A stretch of DNA of 64,000 nt, taken from Eubacteriales bacterium (GTDB lineage: Bacteria > Bacillota > Clostridia > Oscillospirales > CAG-272). The notes below the pieces were generated by a model, which was not told the origin of the DNA, made no database searches, and saw only the letters and a list, made by a program, of their open reading frames with translations. Shown here one piece after another: positions 26,532-36,215 of the stretch (position 1 is its first letter; each line of letters starts with the position of its first letter). The stretch spans positions 5,621 to 69,620 of the forward strand of contig JAZOVV010000002.1 of NCBI GenBank assembly GCA_045658925.1, read 5' to 3'. Both the position numbers and the translations under genes were made by a program.

Positions 26532-27242
26532 TTATCCTTTCTTTTTACCTGTTGTCAGGTACTGTACTTCGTCGGAGGTCAGCTCGCGCCACTTGCCAAG
26601 AGGGAGCTCACCCAATCTCAAATCTCCAATGGCGATGCGTTGCAGGCGGATGACTTTGAGTCCCGCGGCCTCGCACATGCGGCGGATTTGACGGTTTCGC
26701 CCCTCATAGAGATTCATTTGAACCGTGTCGGGAGCTAATTTTTTAACGGTGACGGGCTGCAAACGGTAGCCGTCAAGCTCCATCGGGGCGCGAAGCGCCG
26801 AAACCTCTTCCTTGGAGAGCACCTTGGAGAGCGTTACGTGATAAATTTTGGGAATTTCGTGGCGAGGATGCGTGAGTTGATTGGCGAATTCGCCGTCGTC
26901 GGTCAAAAGGAGCAAGCCCTCGGAGTCCATATCAAGACGGCCGACAGGGTAGACACGCACACCGACGCCCGATGTGAGGTCGGCAACGGTAGGGCGTCCT
27001 TTTTCGTCCTGCATCGTGGTCACGTATCCGCGCGGCTTGTTGAGCATAATATAGCGGCGTTTTGCGCTCGTGCGAGGCAAAATGCGCTTGCCTTTGTATT
27101 CGACAATATCAACCTCAGGGTCAACAGAGTCGCCGATTTGAGCGACAGCGCCGTTCACTTTGACTTTACCCGCGGCAATTTCAGCCTCGGCGGCTCTGCG
27201 CGAAAGTATGCCACAGTCCGAAAAGAATTTTTGCAACCGCAT
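26532..27242 (-). CDS. rluB: Pseudouridine synthase, RsuA/RluB family
   Basis: S4 N-domain (MRLQKFFSDCGILSRRAAE) and catalytic-Asp motif GRLDMDSEGLLLLTDDG. Confidence 0.9.
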   Translation of the reverse strand: MRLQKFFSDCGILSRRAAEAEIAAGKVKVNGAVAQIGDSVDPEVDIVEYKGKRILPRTSAKRRYIMLNKPRGYVTTMQDEKGRPTVADLTSGVGVRVYPVGRLDMDSEGLLLLTDDGEFANQLTHPRHEIPKIYHVTLSKVLSKEEVSALRAPMELDGYRLQPVTVKKLAPDTVQMNLYEGRNRQIRRMCEAAGLKVIRLQRIAIGDLRLGELPLGKWRELTSDEVQYLTTGKKKG

Positions 27243-27307
27243 TCTGTCGCCTCCTTTGTTTTATATGTTAGTGAGTTATTTTCTTCCTTAATTATATGTG
27301 CTCTTTA

Positions 27308-28477
27308 TCAAGAGAACAGTCTTTGCCACCAAAGCAAAAAGCGTTGCCACAGAGTCAGACGTGATGGATGCTTTGAAATGCCGTATTGGGCAATGAGCGG
27401 AACGTCACCGACTGTTTCTTTGATGCCGTCATTGTTTGTGTCACAATAAAAGAGCATTCGTCCGCAAACGTCTCCTTCCTTTACAGGCGCGAAAAGATGA
27501 CGCGGACATTGGATGGTTTGTTCAATTACGCCCGCCCCGTTGGGAAGCGTGGCAGAAACTCCTTGCGCCACTCCAAGAGTAACGTAAGCTTCCTTGCCGC
27601 CCACAACGGGCAGGCAAAGGTGAAAATCGGCAGGGCAGAGCTCTACCGAACGGTAATTGGAAAATCCAAAATCCAAAAGCTTGGTATGGTCATTCCAATC
27701 GTCGGGGGAATCAATGGTTACCGCAATCATCACAACACCGTCTCGCTCGGCGGCAGACACCAAGCAACGGCCGCTTTTTTGCGTGTATCCGGTTTTCACA
27801 CCGATGCACCCATCATAAAGGCGGAGCATTTTGTTGTGGTTTACCAACAAACGCACGCCATCGGTATTTTGATGTGAAATCGTCGTTTTTCTTGTTGAAA
27901 CAATGGTTTTGAGTAAAGGATTTTTCAAAGCCTCTCGCGCGATGACAGCCAGCTCGTAGGCTGTGGTATAATGCGCCTCTGCATCCAATCCGTGTGGATT
28001 GGCAAAGTGTGTGTCAGAGAGGCCAAGAGCAGTTGCTTTGGTGTTCATCGCATCCACAAAGGCATCAAGGCTTCCCGATACGCCAATCGCAATGGCAACG
28101 GCGGCATCGTTCGCCGATTCAAGCATTAGGGCATACAAAAGCTCCTCAAGTGTTAGCTCCTCGCCTTCACATAAATAAATGGAAGACCCCTCTGTGCCAA
28201 CCGCACTCCCATCCACCGCAATGACAGTATCGGGAGCTGCAAGCTCGAGAGCCACAAGAGCGGTCATAATTTTGGTGGTGCTTGCCATGGGCAGACGCGT
28301 ATGGGCGTTTTTTTCGTATACGGTCGTGCCGTTCTCGGCCTCCATTAAAAAAGCACTTTGTGCAGAAAGGGAAGGGGGAGAGGTTATTGCTTCTTGCGCA
28401 TTTGTTGGAAGAATAAGTGCACCAAAAGCCAAAAGCAATGCCCCCAAAAGGCTTAAAATCTTGCGAATTTTCATCAT
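27308..28477 (-). CDS. dacB: D-alanyl-D-alanine carboxypeptidase (peptidase S11, DacB/DacF-like)
   Basis: SxxK ASTTKIMT, SxN ESANDAA, KTG VKTGYT. Signal peptide from MMKIRKILSLLGALLLAF; GGAGGG lies upstream of ATG 28477. Confidence 0.9.
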   Translation of the reverse strand: MMKIRKILSLLGALLLAFGALILPTNAQEAITSPPSLSAQSAFLMEAENGTTVYEKNAHTRLPMASTTKIMTALVALELAAPDTVIAVDGSAVGTEGSSIYLCEGEELTLEELLYALMLESANDAAVAIAIGVSGSLDAFVDAMNTKATALGLSDTHFANPHGLDAEAHYTTAYELAVIAREALKNPLLKTIVSTRKTTISHQNTDGVRLLVNHNKMLRLYDGCIGVKTGYTQKSGRCLVSAAERDGVVMIAVTIDSPDDWNDHTKLLDFGFSNYRSVELCPADFHLCLPVVGGKEAYVTLGVAQGVSATLPNGAGVIEQTIQCPRHLFAPVKEGDVCGRMLFYCDTNNDGIKETVGDVPLIAQYGISKHPSRLTLWQRFLLWWQRLFS

Positions 28478-28570
28478 AAATAACACCCTCCGGAAAAAAT
28501 ACATTTGGTAATGTATATTTTTCCGGAGTGCGTTTTATGTCATTTTAGCGGATGATTTCTTCCAAGCGGA

Positions 28571-31500
28571 TTATTTTACCGTACCGCTGTCAAGCGTCTT
28601 TTCGGAAATCTTACCGCGCTTGTTGTGAGGAACAGGAGCCTGTTCAGCAGCCTGTTTCTTAGCAAGCTTGCGAGCCTTTCTTTCGGCGCGCTTGTTAACC
28701 TTAGCGGGCTTCATAGGCTCAATGGATACCTTAGCGAGATTAACCTCACCCTCGGCAATAATACCTTCGGCTTGAGCAACCTGCTTCTTAACTTCGATAA
28801 GGGCATCCTTTTCAGCATCAATAACAGCATGCTTTTCTGCTTCGCTTGTAGCCTGTGCCAAAGCAACCTTCAAAACGTCGAGCTCTTGCTCCAGAGCGTT
28901 GAGTCTCTCTTGTTGAGCTGTGAGAATCTTGCCGGTTTGAGCAGCCTTTTGAGCCTTGGTTACACCCTTCTTCTTTGCCTTGACAATAGCTTGCTTTTGA
29001 GCTTCGAGGATAGAGAGCTTTTCAAGATCGCTTTGGGCTGCGGCGTAAGCCTCGTCGTAACCGACCATTTCAGCCTCGAATACTTCTTGTTCTGCCTTCT
29101 TTACAAGGATATCCTTTTGCTCCTTGAGCATATTCTGTCTTTCGGCATCGATGAGTTCTTGCTTTTGTCTTGCTGTTTCAGCAGCCAAGAGGGCAGAATT
29201 GAATGCAGCAACCTCTGCCATCAGCTTTGCATAATCCTCACCGGACTTGGTTACGCCGCGCTTCTTAGCCTTGATAACGGCTTTTTCTTGAGCATCAAGC
29301 AGTTCGTTTTGCTCTTTGCGCGTTTTTGCATTGGCAAGGGCGGTATTGAGAGAGGACATCTCTGCTTCAAACGCAGCTTGTTCTTGGCTTACAACGGGAG
29401 CCTGATATTCGGGAGTGAGGAGCAATGCCTTTTCGGCATCGATGAGCGCCTGCTTCTCTTGTGCGGTGCGAGCCGCAAGGAGAGCTGCATTGAATGCTGC
29501 AACTTCGGCCAAGAGCTTTTCGTTGCCTTCGTATGCGCTGGTGCGACCCTTCTTTGCTTTCTTTTCCTTAACAATAGTTTGCTTTTCTGCATCCAGAATA
29601 GCGGTTTGTTGTTCAGCAGATTTTGCATTGGAGAGAGCAACGTTCAAAGCTTCCATCTCAGCCTCAAAGCGAGCCAATTCTGCGGAATCCTTATCGGTCT
29701 TCAGCTTGGTGGGCTTGAGCATAGCAACCTTTTCGGCTTTGATGATGCTCTTTTGCTCTTGCAGAGTTTCTGCGGCAGCGAGAGCAGCGTTGAATGCTTC
29801 GATTTCCTTGATGATTTGACTGTCGTCGAACTTTGTTAAGCCCTTCTTCTTTGCATCAACAATGGTTTTAGCTTCTGCATCAATAATGGATTTCTTTTGA
29901 GCGGGAGTTGTTGCACTTACCATAGCGGCAAGGAGTGCGCTCATCTCATCATTGAATTGAGATTGCTGTGCGAAAGGCTGAGTTGCTCTGGGCGTAACCA
30001 TAGCTTTTGCTTCGGTTTGAATAATCGCCTGTTGTTGCGGAGCAGTATTTGCAGCGGCGAGAGCAGCGTTGAATGCGGCGATTTCTTCCATTGCGGTGGT
30101 CATGTCGCCGGACTTGGTCAAGCCGCGTCTCTTTGCATTTACGATAGTTTGCTTTTGCTTCTCTACAACGGTTTGCTGTTCTGCGGGAGTTCTTGCATAC
30201 AGCATCATGTTGTTGAGAGATGCCATTTCAGCTTCAAATTGAAGCTGCTCGGGAGTTTTACCATCTGCTTGAGAAACCGTAGGTTGAGTCATAACCTTGG
30301 TTTCGGTTTGAATGATAGCTTGTTGTTGGGGAGCAGAGGTAGCAGCAGCGAGGGCAGCATTGAATGCGGCAACCTCAGCCATAGCGGTAGCTATGCTGCG
30401 AGAATTGGTAACGCCTTTTTGCTTAGCCTTAACAACGGATTTCTTTTGCTTTTCAGTAACAACCTTTTCCTGTGCGGGAGTTTTAGCAGCGAGGAGCTCT
30501 TTGTTCAGAGCTTCCATTTCGGCCTCGAAAGCGAGTTGTTCAGCAGACTTACCGGTGGGTTCTGCTGCAGGTTCGAGCATAGCTCTTGTTTCGGCTTGAA
30601 TGATAGCTTGTTGTTGAGAAACAGTAGTTGCAGCAGCGAGGGCAGCATTGAAAGCGGCAACCTCAGCCATAGCGGTGGTTACAGCACGAGACTTGGTAAC
30701 ACCCTTTTGCTTAGCATTAACAACAGCTTGTTTTTGTTTTTCAACAACTGCTTGTTGTTGTGCAGGAGTCTTGGCAGCTTTGAGTTCCTTGTTCAAAGCT
30801 TCCATTTCAGCTTCGAAAGCGAGTTGCTCTGCGGTCTTACCTGCGGAAGGTTCAACCATAGTCTTTGCTTCTGCTTGGATGATAACCTGCTGTTGGGAAG
30901 CGGTGGTAGCAGCGGCGAGGGCGGCATTGAAAGCGGCAACCTCAGCCATAGCGGTGGCAATTCTGCGAGAATTGGTAACGCCTTTCTGCTTAGCCTTAAC
31001 AACGGTTTGTTTTTGTTGTTCAACAATTTCTTGTTGCTGTGCAGGGGATTTAGCGGCGAGGAGTGCTTTGTTCAAAGCATCCATTTCAGCCTCAAAAGCG
31101 ATTTGCTCTGCGGTCTTACCAACAGATTCTTCTGTCTTGGGATCGATCATAGCCTTCGCTTCGGTTTGGATAACAGCTTGTTGCTGTTGAGCGGTAGTAG
31201 CCGCGTTGAGAGCCGCGGTGAAGGCAGCAACTTCAGCCATGGCATTTGCTATGTTGCCGGACTTGGTGACGCCTTGTCTCTTTGCCTTAATGATAGATTG
31301 TGCTTGCTTTTCTGCAACGATTTGTTGTTGCTCGGGAGTTTTAGCTGCCAGGAGTGCCTTGTTGAGAGCATCCATTTCTGCCTCAAAGGCGATCTGTTCT
31401 GCAGTTTTGCCTGCAAATTCAGAGGGAGCAAGCATAGCTTCTGTTTCAGCTCGAATGATAGCTTGTTGTTGAGGAACAGAAGACGCAGCGTTGAGAGCGG

Positions 31501-34500
31501 CGGTGAAAGCAGTAACTTCTGCCATCAACTGAGCCATTTCCTTGTCGGATTTGGTAACGCCGCGCTTTTTAGCCTTAACAACAGCTTGTTGTTGTTTTTG
31601 AATAACAGTTTGTTGTTGTGCAGGAGTCTTAGCAGCGAGGAGCTCTTTATTCAGAGCGGCCATCTCAGCCTCGAAAGCGAGTTGCTCAGCGGTCTTGCCA
31701 ACGGGTTGAGCAGGCTCAACCATAGCCTTTGTTTCGGCTTGAATAATGGTTTGTTGTTGAGCAGCAGAGGTAGCAGCGGCGAGGGCAGCATTGAAAGCGG
31801 CAACCTCAGCCATAGCGGTAGTTACGCTACGAGAGTTGGTAACACCCTTTTGCTTAGCATTAACAACAGCTTGTTGTTGCTTTTGAATAACAGTTTGTTG
31901 CTGTGCAGGAGTCTTAGCGGCGAGGAGCTCTTTATTCAGAGCGGCCATCTCAGCTTCGAAAGCGAGTTGCTCAGCGGTCTTGCCAACGGGTTGAACGGTG
32001 GGGTCAACCATAGCATTTGCTTCGGATTGGATGATAACTTGTTGTTGGGAAGCGGAGGTAGCAGCGGCGAGGGCAGCATTGAAAGCGGCAACCTCAGCCA
32101 TAGCGGTAGCAATACTGCGGGACTTGGTAACACCCTTTTGCTTAGCATTAACAACAGTTTGTTGTTGCTTTTGAATAACAGTTTGTTGCTGTGCAGGAGT
32201 CTTAGCGGCGAGGAGCTCTTTATTCAGAGCAGCCATCTCAGCCTCGAAAGCGAGCTGCTCAGCGGTCTTACCAGCGGGTTGAGTTGCAGGTTCAACCATA
32301 GCCTTGGTTTCGGATTGGATGATAACTTGTTGTTGAGCAGCAGAGGTAGCAGCGGCGAGGGCAGCGTTGAAAGCGGCAACCTCAGCCATAGCGGTAGCTA
32401 TGCTGCGAGAGTTGGTAACACCTTGCTTCTTTGCCTTAACGACGGTTTGCTTTTGCTTTTCGATGACTGCTTGTTGTTGCGCAGGAGTCTTAGCGGCGAG
32501 GAGCTCTTTATTCAGAGCGGCCATCTCAGCCTCGAAAGCGAGCTGTTCGGCGGTCTTAACAGTTTTGATTTGTGCAGGAGCAGCCTTTGTCATTGCATTC
32601 TTTTCGGCAATGATAACAGCCTGTTTTTGTTCGGCTGTTTTTGCTGCAGCGAGAGCAGCATTGAAAGCGGCGATTTCTGCCATCAGAGCCTTATTGCGCG
32701 CATCATTGCGAGAAACGCCTTGCTTCTTGGCCTTTACAATGGTCTGCTTTTGCTTTTCGATAATAGCTTTTTGTTGCTCGGGAGTCTTAGCGGTGGAGAG
32801 GGCAGAGTCAAGTGCGTTCATTTCGGACTCAAACTTTGCTTGCTCTCTGGTCTTGGTAGCAGTTTTTTCTGCTGCGGGACCAACCATAGCCTGCTTTTCG
32901 GAACGGATCACAGCATATTTTGCCTGAGGAGTCTTGGCGTTGTTGTAAGCGGCATTAAAAGCAGCGATTTCTGCACGGAGTTGGTCATCGTTAGAAGCTT
33001 TAGCAGCGCGTTGCTTCTTTGCTTTGATAATAGCTTGCTTTTCAGCCTCGATAACAACCTGCTTTTGTTCCTCTGTCTTTGCAGTCTTGAGCTCGGCGCC
33101 AAGAGTATTCATCTCGGCTTGGAATTGGGTTTGCTCTGCAGTAAGAACAGGAGCCTGTTTTGCAGGCTTAAGCATAGCCTTCTTTTCTGCTTGAATTACA
33201 GTATGCTTTTGCTTGGGAGTTTGTGCCATTGCAAGAGCAGTGTTGAATGCCAAAATTTCTGCGTCGATAGACTCGGGAGTAGCAGTCTTTGCCATGCGTT
33301 GCTTCTTTGCCTTGATAACAGTCTGCTTTTGAACGTCGAGAATAGCTTTCTTTTCTTCCTCGGACTTAGCGGACTTCAGTGCGGTATCGAGCGTATTCAT
33401 ATCGGACTCGAACTGCATTTGTTCCTGGGTCTTAACGGTTGCACGGGCAGGTTGAAGCATAGCTTTCTTTTCTGCCTCGATAATAGTCTGCTTTTCTTCG
33501 GGAGTTCTTGCAGCCTGAACAGCAGCATTGAACTCTGCGATTTCAGCATCGACAACGGTGGGAGCGGTGGAGTAGGAAGCGAGAATTTCTTTTTCTGCTT
33601 CGATAATAGCCTGCTTTTCTGCAGGAGTGCTTGCTGCGAGAAGGGCAGCGTTAAATGCCATAATTTCGGCTTGAATTTGAGCTTCTCTCTCTTCGGGAGT
33701 CATAGCGGCAACACGTCCGCTCTTCTTGCCGCCAACGACAATGGAGGTAGAATCGTATTGAACGGGAGCAGTAGCTGCGAGAGCCTGTTGTTCAAATGCG
33801 ATTTGAGCTTGCTTTTCGCCCTCAAGCTGAGCGTCGACCTGAGCCTCGGCAAGAGCAGTTTGGAGATATGCTCTTTCTTCGGGAGTTTGAGCAGCTTCCA
33901 GAGCCATATTGATGGCCATGATATCTGCTTGGATTCTTGCCATCTTTGCTGCGCTCTTGTCTGCTTTCTTTTGCAGCTTTGCAGCTTCTTTTTCTCTCTT
34001 CTTTTGTGCTTTGATTTCAAGCTTCATTTGCTTGCGACCAACTCTGGACTCGGCATATGCCTCACCCTCGTCGGAGGAGAGGATCTGCTCGGTTGCCATA
34101 GCGGCGTCATCGGCGAACATAGGAGCCACTGCAACGTCTGCATCGGCAATGAGTTGTTCCTCGTATTCTTGGGCAAGTTCAGGCTGAACGTCGACATCGA
34201 CATCCACACTTGCCGAAGATTCCTGATAACCGTTCATCAACACGTTCTTGATACGGCCGACGATGTCGGGAGAGTTGTAGATAAGGTCTGCAACGACCTC
34301 TACGGGGGAGAGCTTTTCCGACGTCATGGGGATCATATCCACCTTGCCCTCGGGGGTGATGGTCAAAAAGCCAACGGGAATGACGCTAACGCCGGTTCCA
34401 CCAACACCGCCAAAGTTTTTCTTTCCGCCCTCAATAGCAACTTTTGTGGGCAGATCCAAGCCACCTGTTGCGATACCCATAGAGAGCTTGGAAATCGGAA

Positions 34501-34621
34501 TAATCACCATGCCGCTAGAGGTAACGATCTGCTTACCAACAATAGTGTCCGCATCAATAATGGTGCGCACTTGTTCCAGCGAATTCCGGATTATTTCCTT
34601 GATCGAAGATTCGTTTTCCAT
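28571..34621 (-). CDS. ytfJ: YtfJ/GerW-domain sporulation protein fused to an about 1850-aa tandem-repeat tail (2016 aa)
   Basis: N-terminal 130 aa: EQVRTIIDADTIVGKQIVTSSGMVIIPISKLSMGIATGG...FGGVGGTGVSVIPVGFLTI, a YtfJ family match. The rest is A/Q/E/K-rich repeats with no stop codon. Confidence 0.85.
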   Translation of the reverse strand: MENESSIKEIIRNSLEQVRTIIDADTIVGKQIVTSSGMVIIPISKLSMGIATGGLDLPTKVAIEGGKKNFGGVGGTGVSVIPVGFLTITPEGKVDMIPMTSEKLSPVEVVADLIYNSPDIVGRIKNVLMNGYQESSASVDVDVDVQPELAQEYEEQLIADADVAVAPMFADDAAMATEQILSSDEGEAYAESRVGRKQMKLEIKAQKKREKEAAKLQKKADKSAAKMARIQADIMAINMALEAAQTPEERAYLQTALAEAQVDAQLEGEKQAQIAFEQQALAATAPVQYDSTSIVVGGKKSGRVAAMTPEEREAQIQAEIMAFNAALLAASTPAEKQAIIEAEKEILASYSTAPTVVDAEIAEFNAAVQAARTPEEKQTIIEAEKKAMLQPARATVKTQEQMQFESDMNTLDTALKSAKSEEEKKAILDVQKQTVIKAKKQRMAKTATPESIDAEILAFNTALAMAQTPKQKHTVIQAEKKAMLKPAKQAPVLTAEQTQFQAEMNTLGAELKTAKTEEQKQVVIEAEKQAIIKAKKQRAAKASNDDQLRAEIAAFNAAYNNAKTPQAKYAVIRSEKQAMVGPAAEKTATKTREQAKFESEMNALDSALSTAKTPEQQKAIIEKQKQTIVKAKKQGVSRNDARNKALMAEIAAFNAALAAAKTAEQKQAVIIAEKNAMTKAAPAQIKTVKTAEQLAFEAEMAALNKELLAAKTPAQQQAVIEKQKQTVVKAKKQGVTNSRSIATAMAEVAAFNAALAAATSAAQQQVIIQSETKAMVEPATQPAGKTAEQLAFEAEMAALNKELLAAKTPAQQQTVIQKQQQTVVNAKQKGVTKSRSIATAMAEVAAFNAALAAATSASQQQVIIQSEANAMVDPTVQPVGKTAEQLAFEAEMAALNKELLAAKTPAQQQTVIQKQQQAVVNAKQKGVTNSRSVTTAMAEVAAFNAALAAATSAAQQQTIIQAETKAMVEPAQPVGKTAEQLAFEAEMAALNKELLAAKTPAQQQTVIQKQQQAVVKAKKRGVTKSDKEMAQLMAEVTAFTAALNAASSVPQQQAIIRAETEAMLAPSEFAGKTAEQIAFEAEMDALNKALLAAKTPEQQQIVAEKQAQSIIKAKRQGVTKSGNIANAMAEVAAFTAALNAATTAQQQQAVIQTEAKAMIDPKTEESVGKTAEQIAFEAEMDALNKALLAAKSPAQQQEIVEQQKQTVVKAKQKGVTNSRRIATAMAEVAAFNAALAAATTASQQQVIIQAEAKTMVEPSAGKTAEQLAFEAEMEALNKELKAAKTPAQQQAVVEKQKQAVVNAKQKGVTKSRAVTTAMAEVAAFNAALAAATTVSQQQAIIQAETRAMLEPAAEPTGKSAEQLAFEAEMEALNKELLAAKTPAQEKVVTEKQKKSVVKAKQKGVTNSRSIATAMAEVAAFNAALAAATSAPQQQAIIQTETKVMTQPTVSQADGKTPEQLQFEAEMASLNNMMLYARTPAEQQTVVEKQKQTIVNAKRRGLTKSGDMTTAMEEIAAFNAALAAANTAPQQQAIIQTEAKAMVTPRATQPFAQQSQFNDEMSALLAAMVSATTPAQKKSIIDAEAKTIVDAKKKGLTKFDDSQIIKEIEAFNAALAAAETLQEQKSIIKAEKVAMLKPTKLKTDKDSAELARFEAEMEALNVALSNAKSAEQQTAILDAEKQTIVKEKKAKKGRTSAYEGNEKLLAEVAAFNAALLAARTAQEKQALIDAEKALLLTPEYQAPVVSQEQAAFEAEMSSLNTALANAKTRKEQNELLDAQEKAVIKAKKRGVTKSGEDYAKLMAEVAAFNSALLAAETARQKQELIDAERQNMLKEQKDILVKKAEQEVFEAEMVGYDEAYAAAQSDLEKLSILEAQKQAIVKAKKKGVTKAQKAAQTGKILTAQQERLNALEQELDVLKVALAQATSEAEKHAVIDAEKDALIEVKKQVAQAEGIIAEGEVNLAKVSIEPMKPAKVNKRAERKARKLAKKQAAEQAPVPHNKRGKISEKTLDSGTVK
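28790..33950 (-). repeat. In-frame coding tandem repeats: about 35 half-modules (45-50 aa) arranged as about 16 A+B double units
   Basis: A module is MAEVAAFNAALAAA.S..QQQ.IIQ.E.KAM. B module is AEQLAFEAEMAALNKELLAAKTPAQQQ.VI.KQ.Q.VV.AK.KGVT. GK(T/S)(A/P)EQ recurs at aa 785, 880, 975, 1071, 1168, 1261, 1357 and 1454. Confidence 0.9.
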
Positions 34622-35424
34622 AATGAATGATCCTTTCGTATACGTGTTAATATATTTTTTAAATCAAATCGAGGTTTGTTGCGCTTTTCGCGTTTACGGA
34701 GAGCCGCTTTGCGATAGGCGATTTTCTTTTCTGCATCGTAGGCGTTTACCATATCTATAAAGATGAAGATTGCACGCCAAATTTTTGCAGAGAGGACGAT
34801 ATCAACATCTGCACTGCATTCGGAGGATGCATAATCGGGATCCACCGAAAGGTCACCGTCCCGTCTTTCAAGGGCGGTGTAGTTGTCTTCTACGTATGCA
34901 ACAATGCGATAAACGAGTTGAGCCACAACACCGTAAAGGATTGCGGTGTGTGCCGCCTCATCGGCGGATACGCGAATGTGCAGCTTGTTTACTTTGATTC
35001 TGATCTTGCCGCGTGTTTTATGATAAAACTTTTTGAGCAATGCCAAAATCATTTCGAGGTTTTCTTTTAGATTGGGAACAGGGCAATACTTTTGCGGAAT
35101 ACCGATTTTTTTCTCGGCACGCTTTGCCGCACGCTTTGCCGCTTTTTCCTTTTTGCGCTCGGCTTTTTCCTTTGCGCGTTGTTGCCGTTTCAATTCCCGT
35201 CGCAAAACAGCCTCGGGATTACGGCATCGGGCAAGATTTCTCGGTTTTTTCGGGGCATCCTTTTTATCCGGATAGATTGTAAAGGAAATACCGCAGATCG
35301 AAGCCACAACGCGTATCCGATCCTTGCTGATAACGCGAAGCTTTGCGTTACCAAAGAAGAAGATCAGTACGGCTGAGACGAGAAGCACGCCGAGTATAAT
35401 TAATATAGTAATCAATGCAGTCAA
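34591..35424 (-). CDS. ytfI: DUF2953/YtfI-like sporulation membrane protein
   Basis: TTG start 35424 lies 7 nt after AAGGAGGAA and overlaps the scpB TGA. N-terminal TM helix; position directly upstream of ytfJ as in B. subtilis ytfI-ytfJ. Confidence 0.7.
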   Translation of the reverse strand: MTALITILIILGVLLVSAVLIFFFGNAKLRVISKDRIRVVASICGISFTIYPDKKDAPKKPRNLARCRNPEAVLRRELKRQQRAKEKAERKKEKAAKRAAKRAEKKIGIPQKYCPVPNLKENLEMILALLKKFYHKTRGKIRIKVNKLHIRVSADEAAHTAILYGVVAQLVYRIVAYVEDNYTALERRDGDLSVDPDYASSECSADVDIVLSAKIWRAIFIFIDMVNAYDAEKKIAYRKAALRKREKRNKPRFDLKNILTRIRKDHSLWKTNLRSRK

Positions 35425-36185
35425 GGCAGTTCCTCCTTATCATCGGAGTCAGCCGTGGGAGGCGGTGCTGCGGAGAGTGCCTCAATGGCAACGTCTTCCT
35501 CTTCGCCGTCAACCGGTTCGGTGTATTCACTCGGGATTGCCTCGTCATCCACCTCAAATGCCAGTTGTTCTGCCTCTTCGGTTTCTTGATTTGTCTCCGA
35601 TCCTTCTGCCTGTGCGGCTGCCACACTCAAAGCCTCGGTTTCGGGGAGCTCGTCAAGAGCATTGAGCCCGAATACGCGAAGGAATTTGTCTGTGGTGACG
35701 TAGAGCATTGGACGACCGGGTGCATCAAGACGTCCGGCGGCTTCTATCAGACCCTTATCGAGAAGAGAGTTGACGGCATAAGAGCTATCCACACCGCGCA
35801 CCAAATCGATATACGATCTTGTTACGGGTTGGTTGTAGGCGACCACCGCAAGCACTTCCATAGAAGATGCCGAGAGGTTTCCGCCGCGGCGAATGCCGAG
35901 TGCTTCTCGGATGTAGGGGGCGTAACGCTCCTTGGTAGCAAGCTGACAGGTGGTGGGATAAAGCAAGAGTTGAATGCCGTGGTGTGTATCTTCAAGAGCG
36001 AAATGCTCCGACATAGAACGCACCAAGGTTTTAACGTCTTTCGTGCTCAAGCCCAAAAGCTCACCCAGCTTATCATATCGCATCGGGTAACCGGCTGCAT
36101 ACAGGATGGCTTCGATTGCCTGTTTTAAATCCTGTTCGCTTGTCAGCTGCTCGAGGAATGGAGCGGCTTCTTTCTTTTGTTCCAT
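35421..36185 (-). CDS. scpB: Segregation and condensation protein B
   Basis: IEAILYAAGYPM, EVLAVVAYNQPVTRSYIDLVRGV, GRPMLYVTTDKFL; acidic C-terminal tail. Confidence 0.9.
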   Translation of the reverse strand: MEQKKEAAPFLEQLTSEQDLKQAIEAILYAAGYPMRYDKLGELLGLSTKDVKTLVRSMSEHFALEDTHHGIQLLLYPTTCQLATKERYAPYIREALGIRRGGNLSASSMEVLAVVAYNQPVTRSYIDLVRGVDSSYAVNSLLDKGLIEAAGRLDAPGRPMLYVTTDKFLRVFGLNALDELPETEALSVAAAQAEGSETNQETEEAEQLAFEVDDEAIPSEYTEPVDGEEEDVAIEALSAAPPPTADSDDKEELP

Positions 36186-36215
36186 AATATCTGCGCTAAA
36201 TCCTTTCGGGAATTT

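Noticed and set aside
28790-33950. Regular about 288-bp periodic repeats that could be mistaken for a CRISPR or satellite array
   Set aside because: The repeats are in-frame coding units of one ORF and contiguous, with no unique spacers. The unit length is far larger than a CRISPR repeat, and there are no cas genes in the window.
29897-34630. 1577-aa plus-strand ORF, plus 28625..29839
   Set aside because: It is a mirror ORF of the giant YtfJ repeat gene. The Leu/Ser/Cys/Gly-rich periodic sequence is just the complement of the A/Q/E/K repeats, and there is no start context.
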